In this document: positions 35,345-48,587 of the stretch, piece by piece | Layout of the letters: each line of letters opens with the position of its first letter | Numbering within the stretch: position 1 is the first letter of the stretch | Assembly: GCA_038087875.1 (NCBI GenBank) | Contig: CM075991.1 | Span: 10,418,001 to 10,482,000 of the forward strand | Direction of reading: 5' to 3' | DNA: 64,000 nt | Source of the DNA: Malacoraja senta | Taxonomy: Eukaryota | Notes under the pieces: model-generated | Databases searched by the model: none | Told to the model about the DNA's origin: nothing | The model's input: only the letters and a program-made list of their open reading frames with translations | Position numbers and translations under genes: made by a program

Positions 35345-36812
35345 TGTGAGGATGGAAAAGGTGCAGAAATGATTTACAAGGATGTTGCCGGGACCTGACC
35401 CGCTGAGCTATAGGGAGAGGGTTGAGCAGGCTGGGACTCTATTCCTCAGAGCGAAGGAGGATGAGGGGTGATCTGAGAGAGGCGTACAAAATCATGAGAG
35501 GAATAGATCGGGTAGATGCACAGAGTATCCTGCCCAGAGTAGGGGAATGGAGGACCAGAGGACATAGAAACATAGAAACATAGAAAATAGGTGCATGAGG
35601 AGGCCATTCAGCCCATTCATTGTGATCTTGCTGATCGTCCCCTATCAATAACCCGTGCCTGCCTTCTCCCCATATCCTTGACTCCACTAGCCCCTAGAGC
35701 TCTATCTAACTATCTCTTAAATCCATCCAGTGACTTGGCCTCCACTGCCCTCCGTGGCAGGGAATTCCACAAATTCACAACTCTCTGGGTGAAAACGGTT
35801 TTTCTCACCTCAGTCTTAAATGACCTCCCCTTTATTTGAGGTTTAAGGTGAGGGGGAAAAGGTTTAAGGGAAGCTGAGGGGGGGGGGGGCAACATTTTTA
35901 CACAAAGGGTGGTGGGTGTATGGAACAATCTGCCAACGGAGGTAATTGAGGCTGGGATTATCACAATGTTTAAGAAGCATTGAGACAGGATAGGATAGGT
36001 TTAGAGCCAGAGGTTCTTAACCATTTTGGCACCAGGTTCCTAAACATGGCTCAACAAATGGATATGTTATTTGTGTCCCTTCATGACCCCCAGCAAAACC
36101 CCAAACGACCCCCATAGGGGGTCATGACCCCAGGTTAAGAACCACTGGTTTGGAGGGATATGGGCCAAATGCAGGCAGGTGGGACTAGTGTAGATAATAG
36201 ACAATAGACAATAGGTGCAGGAGTAGGCCATTTGGCCTTCGAGCCAGCACCACCATTCAATGTGATCATGGCTGATCATCCCCAATCAGTACCCCGTTCC
36301 TGCCTTCTCCCCATATCCCCTGACTCCGCTATGTTTAAGAGCCCTATCTAGCTCTCTCTTGAAAGCATCCAGAGACCTGCCTCCACTGCCGTCTGAGGCA
36401 GAGAATTCCACAGACTCACCACTCTCTGTGAGAAAAAGTGTTTCCTCGTCTCGTTCTAAATGGCTTACCCCTTATTCTTAAACTGTGGCCCCTGGTTCTG
36501 GACTCCCCCAACATCGGGAACATGTTTCCTTGCCTCTAGCGTGTCCAAGCCCTTAACAATCTTATATGTTTCAATGAGATCCCCTCTCATCCTTCTAAAC
36601 TCCAGAGTGTACAAGCCCAGCTGCTCCATTCTCTCAGCATATGACAGTCCCGCCATCCCGGGAATTAACCTTGTAAACCTACGCTGCACTCCTCAATAGC
36701 AAGAATCTACGCTGTGCTCCCTCAATAGCAAGAATAGATGGGGCATGTTGGTCAGCGTGGGCAAGTTTGAGATGAAGGGCCTGTTTCCATGCTGTACGAC
36801 TCTATGACTCTA
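35345..36812 (+). mobile_element. CR1 3' fragment interrupted by two minus-strand CR1s (35565-35835, 36196-36735) and a hAT MITE
   Basis: Collinear CR1 pieces resume after each insert and end in (CTATGACT)n at ~36810. Confidence 0.8.
36008..36147. mobile_element. hAT-Charlie-like MITE (140 bp)
   Basis: TIR CAGAGGTTCTTAACC / GGTTAAGAACCACTG; near-perfect 8-bp TSD GTTTAGAG / GTTTGGAG. Confidence 0.8.
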
Positions 36813-37129
36813 AGAAGGGCTGCAGCAGTTCTAGAAAGTAGTTCGCCCCCACCTTTCAAGGGCAATTAGGAATGGGTAATAAATGCTTGCCCGTATTGGC
36901 CATAGCCCAAAAAATCTATACATTGAAGGAAAATCAGGCAGTGTGAATGGGGAAAGGTTACCCAGTGCAAATGGCAGCACAGAGGATCCTAGGCCTTTAG
37001 GCAGGCACTAATCAATCAATATGTGGATGTCAGGAGCGCTGGCTGTTTAACTACTGACTGACAACGGCAGGTACCAACAATTTCAGAAGGAGAAAGGTCA
37101 TTCAGCTCAACACGAGTCTGGCCGGTCTT

Positions 37130-37468
37130 ATCCTCCTTCCCTCCCCTCCGCCCACCCTCTCTCTCTCTTTATATCTGTCACTCTCCCCTATCTTCCTCCC
37201 CCCTCTCTCTCCATCCTTCCTGATCTCGTCACCTTCCTTCCATTCTCCCTCCTGTTTTTCTCTCTCCTCCTCTCCACCTTCCTCCCTCTCTCTCCCTGTC
37301 TGCCTGCCTCTCATTTCCCATTTCTCTTTTTTCTGCTCTCTTTTCTCCCTTTCCCTTTCTCACTAACATTCTCTCTCTCACTCCCCCTCCCTCTCTCTCT
37401 CTCCCTCTCTCCCTCTCTCGGCCTCTCCCCCACTCCCATCTCTCTCTCTCTCTCCTCCTACCCCTCTC

Positions 37469-37504
<36 letters not shown>

Positions 37505-37790
37505 CTCTTCCTCTCCCCTCATCTCTCTCTCTCCTGCTCTCTCTCCTTTCTCTCTCTCTCTCCTCTCTCTCTCCCTCTCTCTCCATCTCTCTTTCCTTTC
37601 TCTCTCGTTCTCCTTCTCTCTCACTCTCTCTCTTCCCCCTCTCTCTCTCTCCGTCTCTCTCCTTTCTCTCCCTCTCCCCCCCTCTCCTTTCTCTCTCTCT
37701 CTCCCTCTCTCTCTCTATCTCCCTCTCCTTTTTCTCTCTCTCCCTCTCTCCTCTCTCTCTCTCTCTCTCTCTCCCCCCCCCCTCTCCACC
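37130..37790. repeat. Degenerate (CT)n polypyrimidine tract
   Basis: About 660 bp almost entirely C/T on the + strand. Confidence 0.97.
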
Positions 37791-38524
37791 TCCATGTGGT
37801 GACGTAACCACTATAGGAGTGTGCTGGAATGCTCAGAGGCCAGAAGTGAACGCTGTACACAGGGCTGCCTGCTCAGCTATCACAAATATACCAGGAGCTG
37901 TTTGTTTTCATTTCATGCCCATTTTCCCCTCACATTTTGTGAACGGAGTGCCTCTCTGCCTGTGTTTATCTGAGAGGAATGTTCCAGTCAGGTTTCCCCT
38001 GTTAATGATGTGTCAACTCATTTTCCGTGCGATTTCCATTTTGTCAAGAGCCGCCCCCCCCCCCCCCTTTCCCGTCATTCTCAGGCCTAAGTCATTCTCT
38101 GGGACCAGCTCACAGACCCTGTGTGCAAGAAGCCTCGCCGCCCTGCTTGCCCACCGCCCACAGTCTGGCTATGGCGAACCTGCAAGAAGGCAAACCATGC
38201 AGGAAGGCACTGTGACTAATTTGCAGCCACAGTTTCTGACGTGGCAAGGCTGCGTTCTGCTCCGCGCAGTAACAATCGCTGCCTGTTGGACTGCAGCCAG
38301 CGAGAGAATGGAAAAACCAGGTGGCGGCTATCGCCAAATTTCCTGGTTCAAGTTCCAAAATGCTCTGCCACAGCAGCAGAGGCAAAGAGGGAAAGTACAG
38401 ATAAATGGCTGCAGGAAGAAAGGCATTCGATTAAAAAAATTGCAAAGTGCTGGAGAAACTCGGCAGGCCCAGGCTGCATCTCTGGAGAACATGGATAGGT
38501 GACGTTTTCGGGTCGGGAGCCTTT

Positions 38525-38812
38525 TAGTTTAGTTTGGAGATACAGCGCAGAAACGGGCCCTTCAGCCCACCGACCAGTGATACACGCACATTAACACTAT
38601 CCCCCCCCACACACACACCAGGGACAATTTACAATTATACCAAGCCTATTAACCTACAAACCTGCACCTCTTTGGAGTGTGGGAGGAAACCGGAGCTCCC
38701 CGGAGAAATCCCACCGGGTCAAACTCCGTACAGACAGCACCCGGAGTCAGGATCGAACCCGGGTCTCTGGTCCTTTAAGGAGCTACTCTACCGCTGCGCC
38801 ACTGTGCCGCCC
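38525..38812 (-). mobile_element. V-SINE/HE1-like SINE inserted in a Penelope terminus
   Basis: Full SINE; Penelope sequence (38445-38524) resumes at ~38818 TTCAGCCTGAT. Confidence 0.8.
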
Positions 38813-39378
38813 CAATTATTCAGCCTGATTGTGGTGATGGGAGGGGGGGAGGAAGGGGGGGGGGAAGTAAGCTGGAAGACAGGAGGGGGAGGACAAAGCC
38901 TGGCAAGTGATAGATGGATACAGGTGAGGGGGGGGGGGGTTGGACAAAGGCCAGAGGTGAAAAGACAAAAGGTGTGAGATAAGGAAAGAAGAGTTCTGGA
39001 TCATGAAGCCAGAGGACGTTCATAAGTAATTAAGAGCAAAATCAGGCCATTCGGCCCATCGAGTCTTCTCGTCATTCAATCAGGGCTAGTCTATCTTCCC
39101 TCTCAAACCCATTCTCCCGTAAGCTTTGACACCCTTACTAATCAAGAACTTGTCAATCTCCGCCTTAAAATACCCATTGACTTGACCTCCACTGCCATCT
39201 GTGCAATGAATTCTACTGATTCACCACCCTCTGACTAAAGACATTTCTCCTTGTTACAAGGAATGGAGGTGGAAGGGGAGGGGGAGTGTGAGTCTAGGTG
39301 GGGCACAGGGAAGAGAGGAGGGTGGGGCGAAAATGGAAGGTTAGATTAGGTCATCGGAAATTGGAGAATTTTATGTTA

Positions 39379-39692
39379 CCCTGTCCCACTGTACGAGGTA
39401 ATTCAAGAGTTCTCCGAGTTTCCCCTGATTCGAACTCGGAGAATTACGGTAATGGCCGCTCGCAGGTACTCGGGGCTCTCGTGGACATTTTTTAACATGT
39501 TGAAAAATCTTCACGAGTCTTAACGAGCTTACCGCGTTTCCCGAGTACCTGCCGTTAGCGTTACGAGCCGCTAAGAGACGTCCCGAGCTCCGACGTACCC
39601 GCTACGTACATTCTACGTGTTTACCACGAGTTTGATTTTTTTTTTTTAACTCGAGAGAGCTCTTGAATTACCTCGTACAGTGGGACAGGCCT
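39379..39692. mobile_element. PIF/Harbinger-type MITE (~300-bp family)
   Basis: Perfect 30-bp TIR CCTGTCCCACTGTACGAGGTAATTCAAGAG; TTA on both sides. Confidence 0.88.
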
Positions 39693-39954
39693 TTACCGTT
39701 GACATTTGGTCTTTGATTTTGGGGCCAGTCTGAGCAAGGTAGAACCAACACAGGCCAAACACACTCTTGTTCAACAGAGCTGGGGCCAGTGTTGTTGTGG
39801 GATGTTCACTAGCACTGCACGGAAGGTTTAAACTAATCTAGTGCCATTTCAAATCAAGAAAGGAAAGGAGAAAAAAAGGTGGCAAGATGATAGTCATGGA
39901 TACCAAGGTACGGTGAAAAGCTTTTGTTGCATGCTATCCAATCAAAGAAAAGGC

Positions 39955-40477
39955 CTGAAGAAGGGTTTTGGCCCGAAACGTTGCCTATTTCCTTCGCTCC
40001 CATAGATGCTGCCTCACCCGCTGAGTTTCTGCAGCATTTTTGTCTACCTAGGATTCCAATCAAGCCGTCTACCGTGTACCGATAAAGGATGAAGGGTTCA
40101 ACACTTAGTACAAGATAAAGTCCAAATAAAGATTAAAGGGAAGATAGACACAGAACGCTGTGTAACTCAGCGGGACAGGCAGCATCTCTGGAGAGAAGGA
40201 AAGGGTGACATTTGGGGTCGAGACCCTCCTTCAGACTGATGTCAGGGGAGAGAGGAATACATAGATAAGGAAGTGTAAGGTGGAAACCAGGACAAAGGGT
40301 ATGGAGATCAAGGAACATGTAGAATAGATCATTGTTAGCTGGGAGAAGGTAACAACAAAGCAAACAGGGATAAAATGTGCCGGAATGCGAAGGGTTTTCG
40401 GCCCGCAACGTTGCCTATTTCCTTCGCTCCATAGATGCTGCTACACCCGCTGAGTTTCTCCAGCATTTTTGTCTACC
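39955..40477. mobile_element. Cluster of Penelope terminal fragments (A and B)
   Basis: A-type at 39955-40050 and 40390-40477; B-type on the minus strand at 40140-40380. Confidence 0.75.
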
Positions 40478-40589
40478 ATACGATTAAAGGGCCCTGGTTT
40501 TTGCACAACCTTTCGTACACCAGGGCCCCTGTTCCCATTTGTACTCTTTCACACTCTGGGGTCCAATTCCTGAGCTCCCCCACTTCTAT

Positions 40590-40658
<69 letters not shown>

Positions 40659-41145
40659 GAGACTTAGCGGAACCTTATTTCACACGCTCCCTTCAAAACT
40701 ATCTAAAAGATTGTAATTATAATTCTTTGGAATGTTAATGGGACTAAGAGAGGGCAATTCTCTCAAGAGTGTGAAGTAATTAGATCTTTATTCTTTGGGA
40801 GTTTAAAAAAAAAACGAGGGGTGATCTCATTAAAACATATAAAATCCTTAGGGGCCATGGCAGCGATGATGTCAAGTCCTTCTCACTCATGGAGCCTTAA
40901 AGGGGCGCAGCTACAAAACTGGGGAGTCATTGAAATTTGAGGTGGGTGAGACTTTCCTTCAGCAGTTGTGTGAATCCTGCCCTCGTGGAATGTGGAGCTT
41001 AGATTGTTGAGGTATTTCAAGGGAGGTAGCCACATTTTTGAAAGATGGAGAAGCAAGGGCTAGGGGAACGGATGCAAGAGTGGCTGAGCCTAGCCTGGGG
41101 CATGGGCTTCTCCGGATCTTCGGTTTACTCCCACACTCCAAAGAC

Positions 41146-41556
41146 CTTCGGATCTTATAGAAACATATAAAATTATAAAGGACTGGACAAGCTAGATGCA
41201 GGGAAAAATGTTCCCAATGTTGGGCGAGTCCAGAACCAGGGGGCCCACAGTCTTAGAATAAAAGGGGAGGTCATTTAATACTGAGGTGAGAAAAAAACTT
41301 TTTCACCCAGAGAGTTGTGAATTTGTAGAATTCCCTGCCACAGAGGGCAGTGGAGGCCAAGTCACTGGATGGATTTAAGAGAGAGTTAGATAGAGCTCTA
41401 GGGGCTAGAGGAGTCAAGGGATATGGGGAGAAGGCAGGCACGAGTTATTGATAGGGGACGATCAGCCATGATCACAATGAATGGCGGTGCTGGCTCGAAG
41501 GGCCGAATGGCCTCCTCCTGCACCTATTTTCTACGTTTCTACGTATCTACGTTTCT
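41146..41556 (+). mobile_element. CR1 3' fragment inserted in a SINE (41100-41690)
   Basis: TSD AAGAC at 41141-41145 and 41557-41561; tail variant (TTTCTACG)n. Confidence 0.88.
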
Positions 41557-42154
41557 AAGACGTACAGGTTTGTAGGTTAATTAACTTGGCCTTAGAGTAA
41601 ATTGAGCCTAGTGGGTGTCGGTGGTCGGTGCGGACTCCGTGGGCCGAAGGGCCCTGTTTCGGCGCCGTGTCTGTGGACTAAACTAAACGAAGCAGCCGGC
41701 ATACACGGCCAAGCCAGCGAGAGACTCCGTAACCAACATCCCCCCAAAATAAGGTCAACAGCAATACAGCAAACGGCAAATAAATATCTCAATCTGATAT
41801 TACCAAGAATCTGACTGGATTTTTCTCCTGCTCCAGTGTCAAAGGAATTGTTTAGCAGGTCATGCTTTTTACTAATTACAATGATTACCGCTGTGCAGAA
41901 TGGTTTGATTTTGTGAAATGTATAAATGATTGCTGCAAAGTAATAATAGTAGAGAGTGTGCTAATTGAAGGGCAGCATATACGTTAACTGAGGTGGAAAC
42001 CCCTGCTGGGTGCAAGGAGAAGAAATTTGAACAGAGAAATTCCTTATTACTGTCTAATGACTGCAGTTGCTAATAATGCAATTTAATACAAATGATTTGT
42101 GGGGACCTGGGAATGTTTGTGTTGATTTCACTCAGTGCCCTCCCTCGATGTTCT

Positions 42155-42755
42155 TTTGGAGATACATCGCGGAAACAGGGGCCCTTCGGACCGTCGACCA
42201 CCGACAACCCACTCGGGACAATTTACACTTAAGTTTACACCAAGTTAATTAACCTACAAACCTGTACGACTTTGGAGTGTGGGAGGAAACCGGAGCTCCC
42301 GGAGAAAACCCACGCAGGTCACAGGGGGGAACGTACAAACTCCGTACGGCCAGCACCCGTGGTCGGGATCGAAACCTGGGTCTCAGGCGTTTGCGAGCGC
42401 TGTAAGGCAGCAACTCTACCGTGCCGCCCTGTAACTGAACAGCGATCCCCGCACACTAAAACTAGGCACGCTGCAAACACTGGTGGAGATGCTGCCTCAC
42501 TGCGCGAGAGACCCGGGTTTGAACCTGACTACGGGTGCTGTCTGTACGGAGTTTGCACGTTCTCCCTGTGACTGCGTGGGTTTCCTCCAGGTACTCCAGT
42601 TTCCTCCCACATTCCATAGACGTACAGGTTTGTAGGTTAATGGGCTTTGGTTAAAAAAATTGTAAATAGCCCCTAGTGTGTAGTGCGTGGGAAATCGCTG
42701 ATTGGCGCGGACTCGGTGGGCGGAAGGTCCTGTTTCCGTGCTATATCTCTAAAAT
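42155..42755. mobile_element. Two head-to-head V-SINE/HE1-like copies (minus 42155-42430, plus 42490-42755)
   Basis: The SINE sequence is recognisable on opposite strands. Confidence 0.8.
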
Positions 42756-42769
42756 CGAATGTCTAATAC

Positions 42770-42845
42770 AAGGTCGTCCCTCAAGCAGCAATGACATAAT
42801 AACCGGATAAGTGTATTTCAAAATGCTGATTGTGGGATTAATAAT
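42770..42845 (-). mobile_element. Ancient Deu-domain SINE remnant
   Basis: TCCCTCAAGCAGCAATGACATAATAACCGGATAAGTGTATTT...TGCTGATTGTGGGATTAATA resembles the recalled Deu-domain TCCCACAAACAGCAATGTGATAATGACCAGATAATCTGTTTT...TGTTGATTGAGGGATAAATA. Confidence 0.5.
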
Positions 42846-43191
42846 AGCGACATGTAAAATTAGAAAGGCAAGCAGGTTAATTTCTAAGCATGACTCTTCA
42901 TTAGAACTCCCTTCCAAGGATTTCCGGTGATGAAACTGAAGCCACTAATCCTGAAGTAATCTGGAATGCAATCATTTCTATTAGAACAATTGGATCAGTG
43001 TGACTTCAGCCATTTATATAAAGCAGTTGAATCAGTACACTCAGTAAAAACAGCCCTCTGCATTGCTTTCATCATCTGAGTAAGGATTCCCCTTCACATG
43101 GCGTGAAATTCCTTGTATGTTGCAAAACATACTTGGCTCATAAAATATGATTATGAATATGATTTTTCATATCCCACTTAACATTTAGTTT

Positions 43192-43540
43192 GAAGGTAGA
43201 CAAAATTCTGGAGAAACTCAGCGGGTGAGGCAGCATCTATGGAGAGAAGGAATCGGCAACGTTTCGGGCTGAGACACTTCTTCAGACTGTCGGGGGGTGG
43301 GGGCGGGAAGAAGATAGGAAGAGGCGGAGACAGTGGGCTGTGGGAGAGCTGGGAAGGGGAGGGGAAGGAGGGAGAAAGTAGGGACTACCTGAAATTGGAG
43401 AAGTCAATGTTCATCCCGCTGGGGTGTAAACCACCCAAGCAAAATATCAGGTGCTGCTCCTCCAATTTGCGCTGGGCCTCACTCTGGCCATGGAGGAGGC
43501 CCAGGACAGAAAGGTTGGATTCGGAATGGGAGGGGGGAGT
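43192..43540 (-). mobile_element. Penelope-like 3' fragment with GIY-YIG C-terminus
   Basis: Similar to 20700-21060 and 4871-5230. Confidence 0.85.
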
Positions 43541-44059
43541 TGTAGTTTGGAGATGCAGCATGAAAACAGAACCTCCAGGCCACTGAGTCCACGCTGATCA
43601 TCGATCACCCATTCACACCAGTTCTATGTTATTCCACTTTCTCGTCCACTCCCTACACACTAGGGGCAATTTACAGAGGGCAATTAACCTACAAACCCGC
43701 ACACCTTTAGGAATGAGGGAGGAAATCGGAGCACCCAGAGGACACCCACCTGGTCACGGGGAGAACAAGCAAATTCCACGCTGACAGAACCCGGTCGGGA
43801 TCAAACTCGGGTCTCTGGCAATGTTCATGTTCATAAGTGATAGAAGCAGAATTAGGCCATTCAGTCCATCAAGTCTATTCTGCCATTCCATTCTGGCTGA
43901 TCGATCACTCCCACTTAACCCATTCTCCTGCCTTGTCTCCATAATCCCTGACACCCGTACTAATTCAAGAATCTTCAGAAGCTCCACTTTAAAAATACCG
44001 AATGACTTGGCCTCCGCAGCCGCCTGTGGCAATGAATTCCACAGATTCAATCCTAAATG

Positions 44060-44285
44060 CACTGGTAGGGGCTGGTACAGGTTGGTACAGGTTAAAGCAG
44101 GTGGCACAGGCTGGTGAAGGGTGGAATGGAGAAATATGGTCTCGTACCAGCTGATGAAGTCTGATACAGACCATTATGTACTCATATGGATGGCATGGGT
44201 TGGTATTGGTTGGCATAGGTTGACACAGGTGGCATGGGTTGGTATGGGTTGGTATGGGCTGGTTTGAATAGGTTGGCATGAACTA
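44060..44285. repeat. Degenerate ~10-bp minisatellite (GGTTGGTAYR-like)
   Basis: Repeats of GGTTGGTACA / GGTTGGTATG / GGTTGGCATG. Confidence 0.6.
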
Positions 44286-44417
44286 GTAAACGGGTGTTGT
44301 GGACTATACAATATACTGGTAAGAAAGTGCACTTCATACTGTATGAATGAACTAATTCTGCTCCTAAGATTAATGAAAGTATGGATCTGACATTACCAGA
44401 CAGCACCAAAGTGTATA

Positions 44418-45037
44418 TAGAAACATAGAAACATAGAAAATAGGTGCAGGAGGAGGCCATTCGGCCCTTCGAGCCAACACCGCCATTCATTGCGATTATG
44501 GCTGATCGTCCCCAATCAATAACCCGTGCCTGCCTTCTCCCATATCCCTTGATTCCACTAGCCCCTAGAGCTCTATCTAACACTCTCTTAAATCCATCCA
44601 GTGACTTGGCCTCCACTGCCCTCTGTGGCAGGGAATTCCACAAATTCACAACTCTCTGGGTGAAAACGTTTTTTCTCACCTCAGTTTTAAATGGCCTCCC
44701 CTTTATTCTAAGACTGTGTGGCCCCTGGTTCTGGACTCGCCCAACATTGGGAACATTTTTCCTGCATCTAGCTTGTCCAGTCCTTTTATAATTTTATATG
44801 TTTCTATAAGATCCCCCCCTCATCCTTCTAAACTCCAGTGAATACAAGCCTAGACTTTTCAATCTTTCCTCATATGACAGTCCCGCCATCCCAGGGATCA
44901 ATCTCGTGAACCTACGCTGCACTGCCTCAATCACAAGGATGTCCTTCCTCATAATTGAGGCAGTGCAGCGTAGGTTCACGAGATTGATCCCCTGGGATGG
45001 CGGGGACTGTCATATGAGGAAAGATTGAAAAGACTAG
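44418..45037 (-). mobile_element. CR1 3' fragment with a fold-back inverted duplication at its 5' end
   Basis: (ATGTTTCT)n tail at 44418; 44954-45037 is the reverse complement of 44850-44931. Confidence 0.88.
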
Positions 45038-45527
45038 ACTAGTATAAGTTTGTGCCAGCCCGACCAGTCAATATTGGCCTGTGTCAGCTGGTACCAGTCT
45101 GTATTTTCATATTCCAGTCCATACTAGGCGCCTGGTGCAAGAACAAATGTATTCTCTCCAATGGGTCAATGCAGTAAGTGGGAACATCCTTGGTGGAGCA
45201 GAGCCTGGACTCTCCCTGAACATGTGCAACAAGGTGAATGGGTTGGGGTGTGACTGCCTTGCCCCTAAGCTCGAGTATAGAGACAAAATCCCGGCGTAAC
45301 TCAGCTGGTCATGCCGCATCTCTGGAGAGAAGGAATGGGCGACATTTCCAACTCGAGACCCTTCTTCAGACCCCACAGAGGGGGGGGGGGGGCAGCGAGA
45401 TAGCATGTTGCCGATCTCTCGTCGTAGAGAGGAGGAGAGCCTCTTCAAAGTAGACAGGCCTGGAGGAGATTTCGCAGTGGAGCGGACAAAACATGTAGGG
45501 AGGCTGGTTTACACCGAAGATGGGCAC

Positions 45528-45893
45528 AAGATTGTTAAGGGTTTGGACACGCTAGAGGTAGGAAACATGTTCCCGATGTTGGGGGAGTCCAGAACCAGGG
45601 GCCACAGTTTAAGAATAAGGAGTAAGCCATTTAAAACGGAGGCAAGGAAACACTTTTTCTCACAGAGTTGTGAGTCTGTGGAATTCTCTGCCTCAGAGGG
45701 CGGTGGAGGCCGGTTCTCTGGATGCTTTCAAGAGAGAGCTAGATAGGGCTCTTAAAGATAGCGGAGTCAGGGGATATGGGGAGAAGGCAGGAACGGGGTA
45801 CTGATTGGGGATGATCAGCCATGATCGCATTGAATGGCGGTGCTGGCTCGAAGGGCCTAATGGCCTACTCCTGCACCTATTGTCTATTGTCTA
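45528..45893 (+). mobile_element. CR1 3' fragment inserted in a Penelope terminus
   Basis: KIVKGLDTLEVGNMFPMLGESRTRGH; (ATTGTCT)n tail; Penelope resumes with AAATGCCGGAGTAACTCAG. Confidence 0.88.
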
Positions 45894-46381
45894 AAATGCC
45901 GGAGTAACTCAGCGGGTCAGGCAGCATCTCTGGAGAGAAGGAGTGGGTGACGTTTGGGGTCGGGACCCTTCTTCAGACCCCTGCATGGACAAGCCACTGG
46001 AACCTCAGCTCAACTTCTACTTGGTTTCTCCTCAAGGATATTCACGATGCCTGAGTTCACCCCCCGATGGCTGCCAGAGGCTTTAATGCATCAAACAATC
46101 TCAGGGTGTGTATAAATAACTGCGGGCACTGCTGACAGCTCTCATGTAAGTAGTACATCTCCCCGATACACAGCTGCACACAGATGAGTGACTGCAGTCG
46201 GGACAGGTCACAGCCAACTGCGCGGCTTAAAAAGAAATTGTTTATCACTCCGAGAGAACGTTATTCTCAATTACATGCACATGTCAGCAGAAGGTCTCCT
46301 GTGCTCCCTGCAGCGGCTCTGCCAGTGGGAGCCGACATCATCCTGGCTGGCGGGCAGTGAACACTGCAGCAAGCATCCCAC

Positions 46382-46875
<494 letters not shown>

Positions 46876-47409
46876 AGCAAGTGAGTCAGTGTGCATGTGA
46901 GTTTAAGTGTGAGTGAGTGCAGGGATACAAAGGACTTTGTATTTCCAGCCTCCATCTTCATGCTGTTTGTGAATGTGTTCTTGTGGCCCAGGACTCACCA
47001 CTTCCAGTGCCCCTCACCCACGTATCCTCTACTTCCCACACATTCCAGAGTGTCTGCGTCTGGAATGTGGGAATGACAGAACCATTCCCGGTGAAGACCG
47101 ATCTCAATCCAGCTGCCTCCGGGCCCCAACACAATGTTTTGGGGTTTCATTGTCCTATCTGGGACATATGACAATAAAATACTCTTGACGCTTGACCTTT
47201 CACATGGAATGGACCACGACTGGATACGACACCTGTCCATGTCCTCCAGAGATGCTCCCATCCCGCTGAGTTCCTCCAGCACTTTGTGTCCAACACAAGA
47301 TTTACGCACCTGCACTTTGTTGCATCCATATAGATCATAATGTGTCTGTTTAATCTAATATATAAGTGTGCACATGTGAAAGTGAGTGCAGTTTTGTGGG
47401 TTTGAAAAA

Positions 47410-48190
47410 ACATCCATGTAGGTATGGATAGATAGGAAAGGTTTAGAAGGATATGGGCCAAATGCAGGCAAATGGAACTAGCTTAGATGGAGCATGTTGG
47501 TCAGCATGGATGAATTGGGCCAAAGGGCCTGTTTCGGCCCATTCAATCATGGCTGATCTACCTCTTCCTCCTAATCCCATTCTCTTGCCTTCTCCCCCGA
47601 CATCCATACTATTCAAGAATCTATCTATCTCTGCCTTAAAAATATCCATTGACGGCCTCCACAGCCTTCTGTGGCAATGAATTCCACAGATTCACCACCC
47701 TCTGACTAAATAAATTCCTTCTCATCTCCATCCTAAAGAAACGTCCTTTAATCCTGAGGCTATGACCTCTAGTCCTAGACTCTCCCACTAGTGAAAACAT
47801 CCTCTCCACATCCACTCTATCCAGGCCTTTCACTATTCGGTACGTTTCAATGGGGTTTCCCCCTCATCCTTCTAAACTCCAGCGAGTTCAGGCCCAGTGC
47901 CATCAAACAAGTTCACAAGTTATAGGAGTAGAATTGGGCCAATCGGCCCATCGACTCCACTCCGCCATTCAATCATGGCTGATCTCTGCTTCCTAATCCC
48001 ATTTTCCTGCCTTCTCCCTGCAACCCTTGACACCTGTTCTAATCAAGAATCTGCCTATCTCTGCCTTAAAAATCTCCACTGACTTGGCCTCCACAGCCCT
48101 CTGTGGCAACGGGTTCCACAGATTAACTACCCTCTGACTAAAGAAGTTCCTCCTCACTTTAAAAGAGCACCCTTTAATTCCGAAGCTATG
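47410..48190 (-). mobile_element. Cluster of CR1 3' fragments
   Basis: GLDRVDVERMF...QRVVNLWNSLP on the minus strand (47535-47900, 47915-48185); plus-strand tail at 47410-47535. Confidence 0.8.
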
Positions 48191-48212
48191 AATTAAACAC
48201 TCATCATATGTT

Positions 48213-48587
48213 AAAGAAGGAACTGCAGATGCTGGAAAATCGAAGGTACACAAAAATGCTGGAGAAACTCAGCGGGTGCAGCAGCATCTATGGAGCGGAA
48301 TATGAGGTGCATAACATCTTGGGCAGTCTACATCCTGGGGGCTTGAACATTGAATTCTCCCAATTTTGCGAGCCCTTGCTGTCCCCTCCCCTTCATCAGC
48401 CCTCTGGTTGTCTCCTCCCCTCCCCCAGCCCTCAGGCTCCTCCTCTGCCTTTTTCCTTTTTTTCCTTTCTTCTCCCCACCCCCTATCAGTCTGAAGAAGG
48501 GTTTTGGCCCGAAACGTTGCCTATTTCCTTCGCTCCATAGATGCTGCTGCACCCGCTGAGTTTCTCCAGCATTTTTGTGTACCTTCA
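48213..48587 (+). mobile_element. Penelope 3' end with an inverted 5' arm; hammerhead-like core at 48491-48518
   Basis: LGSLHPGGLNIEFSQF (GIY-YIG end); flanks share CACTCATCATATGTTAA (48198-48214 and 48586-48602). Confidence 0.88.

Noticed and set aside
37229..37860. Glu/Arg-rich ORFs
   Set aside because: Translation of (GA)n low-complexity sequence
46037..46145. Candidate internal exon (TTTCTCCTCAAG ... GTAAGT)
   Set aside because: Stops in all three frames and no other support
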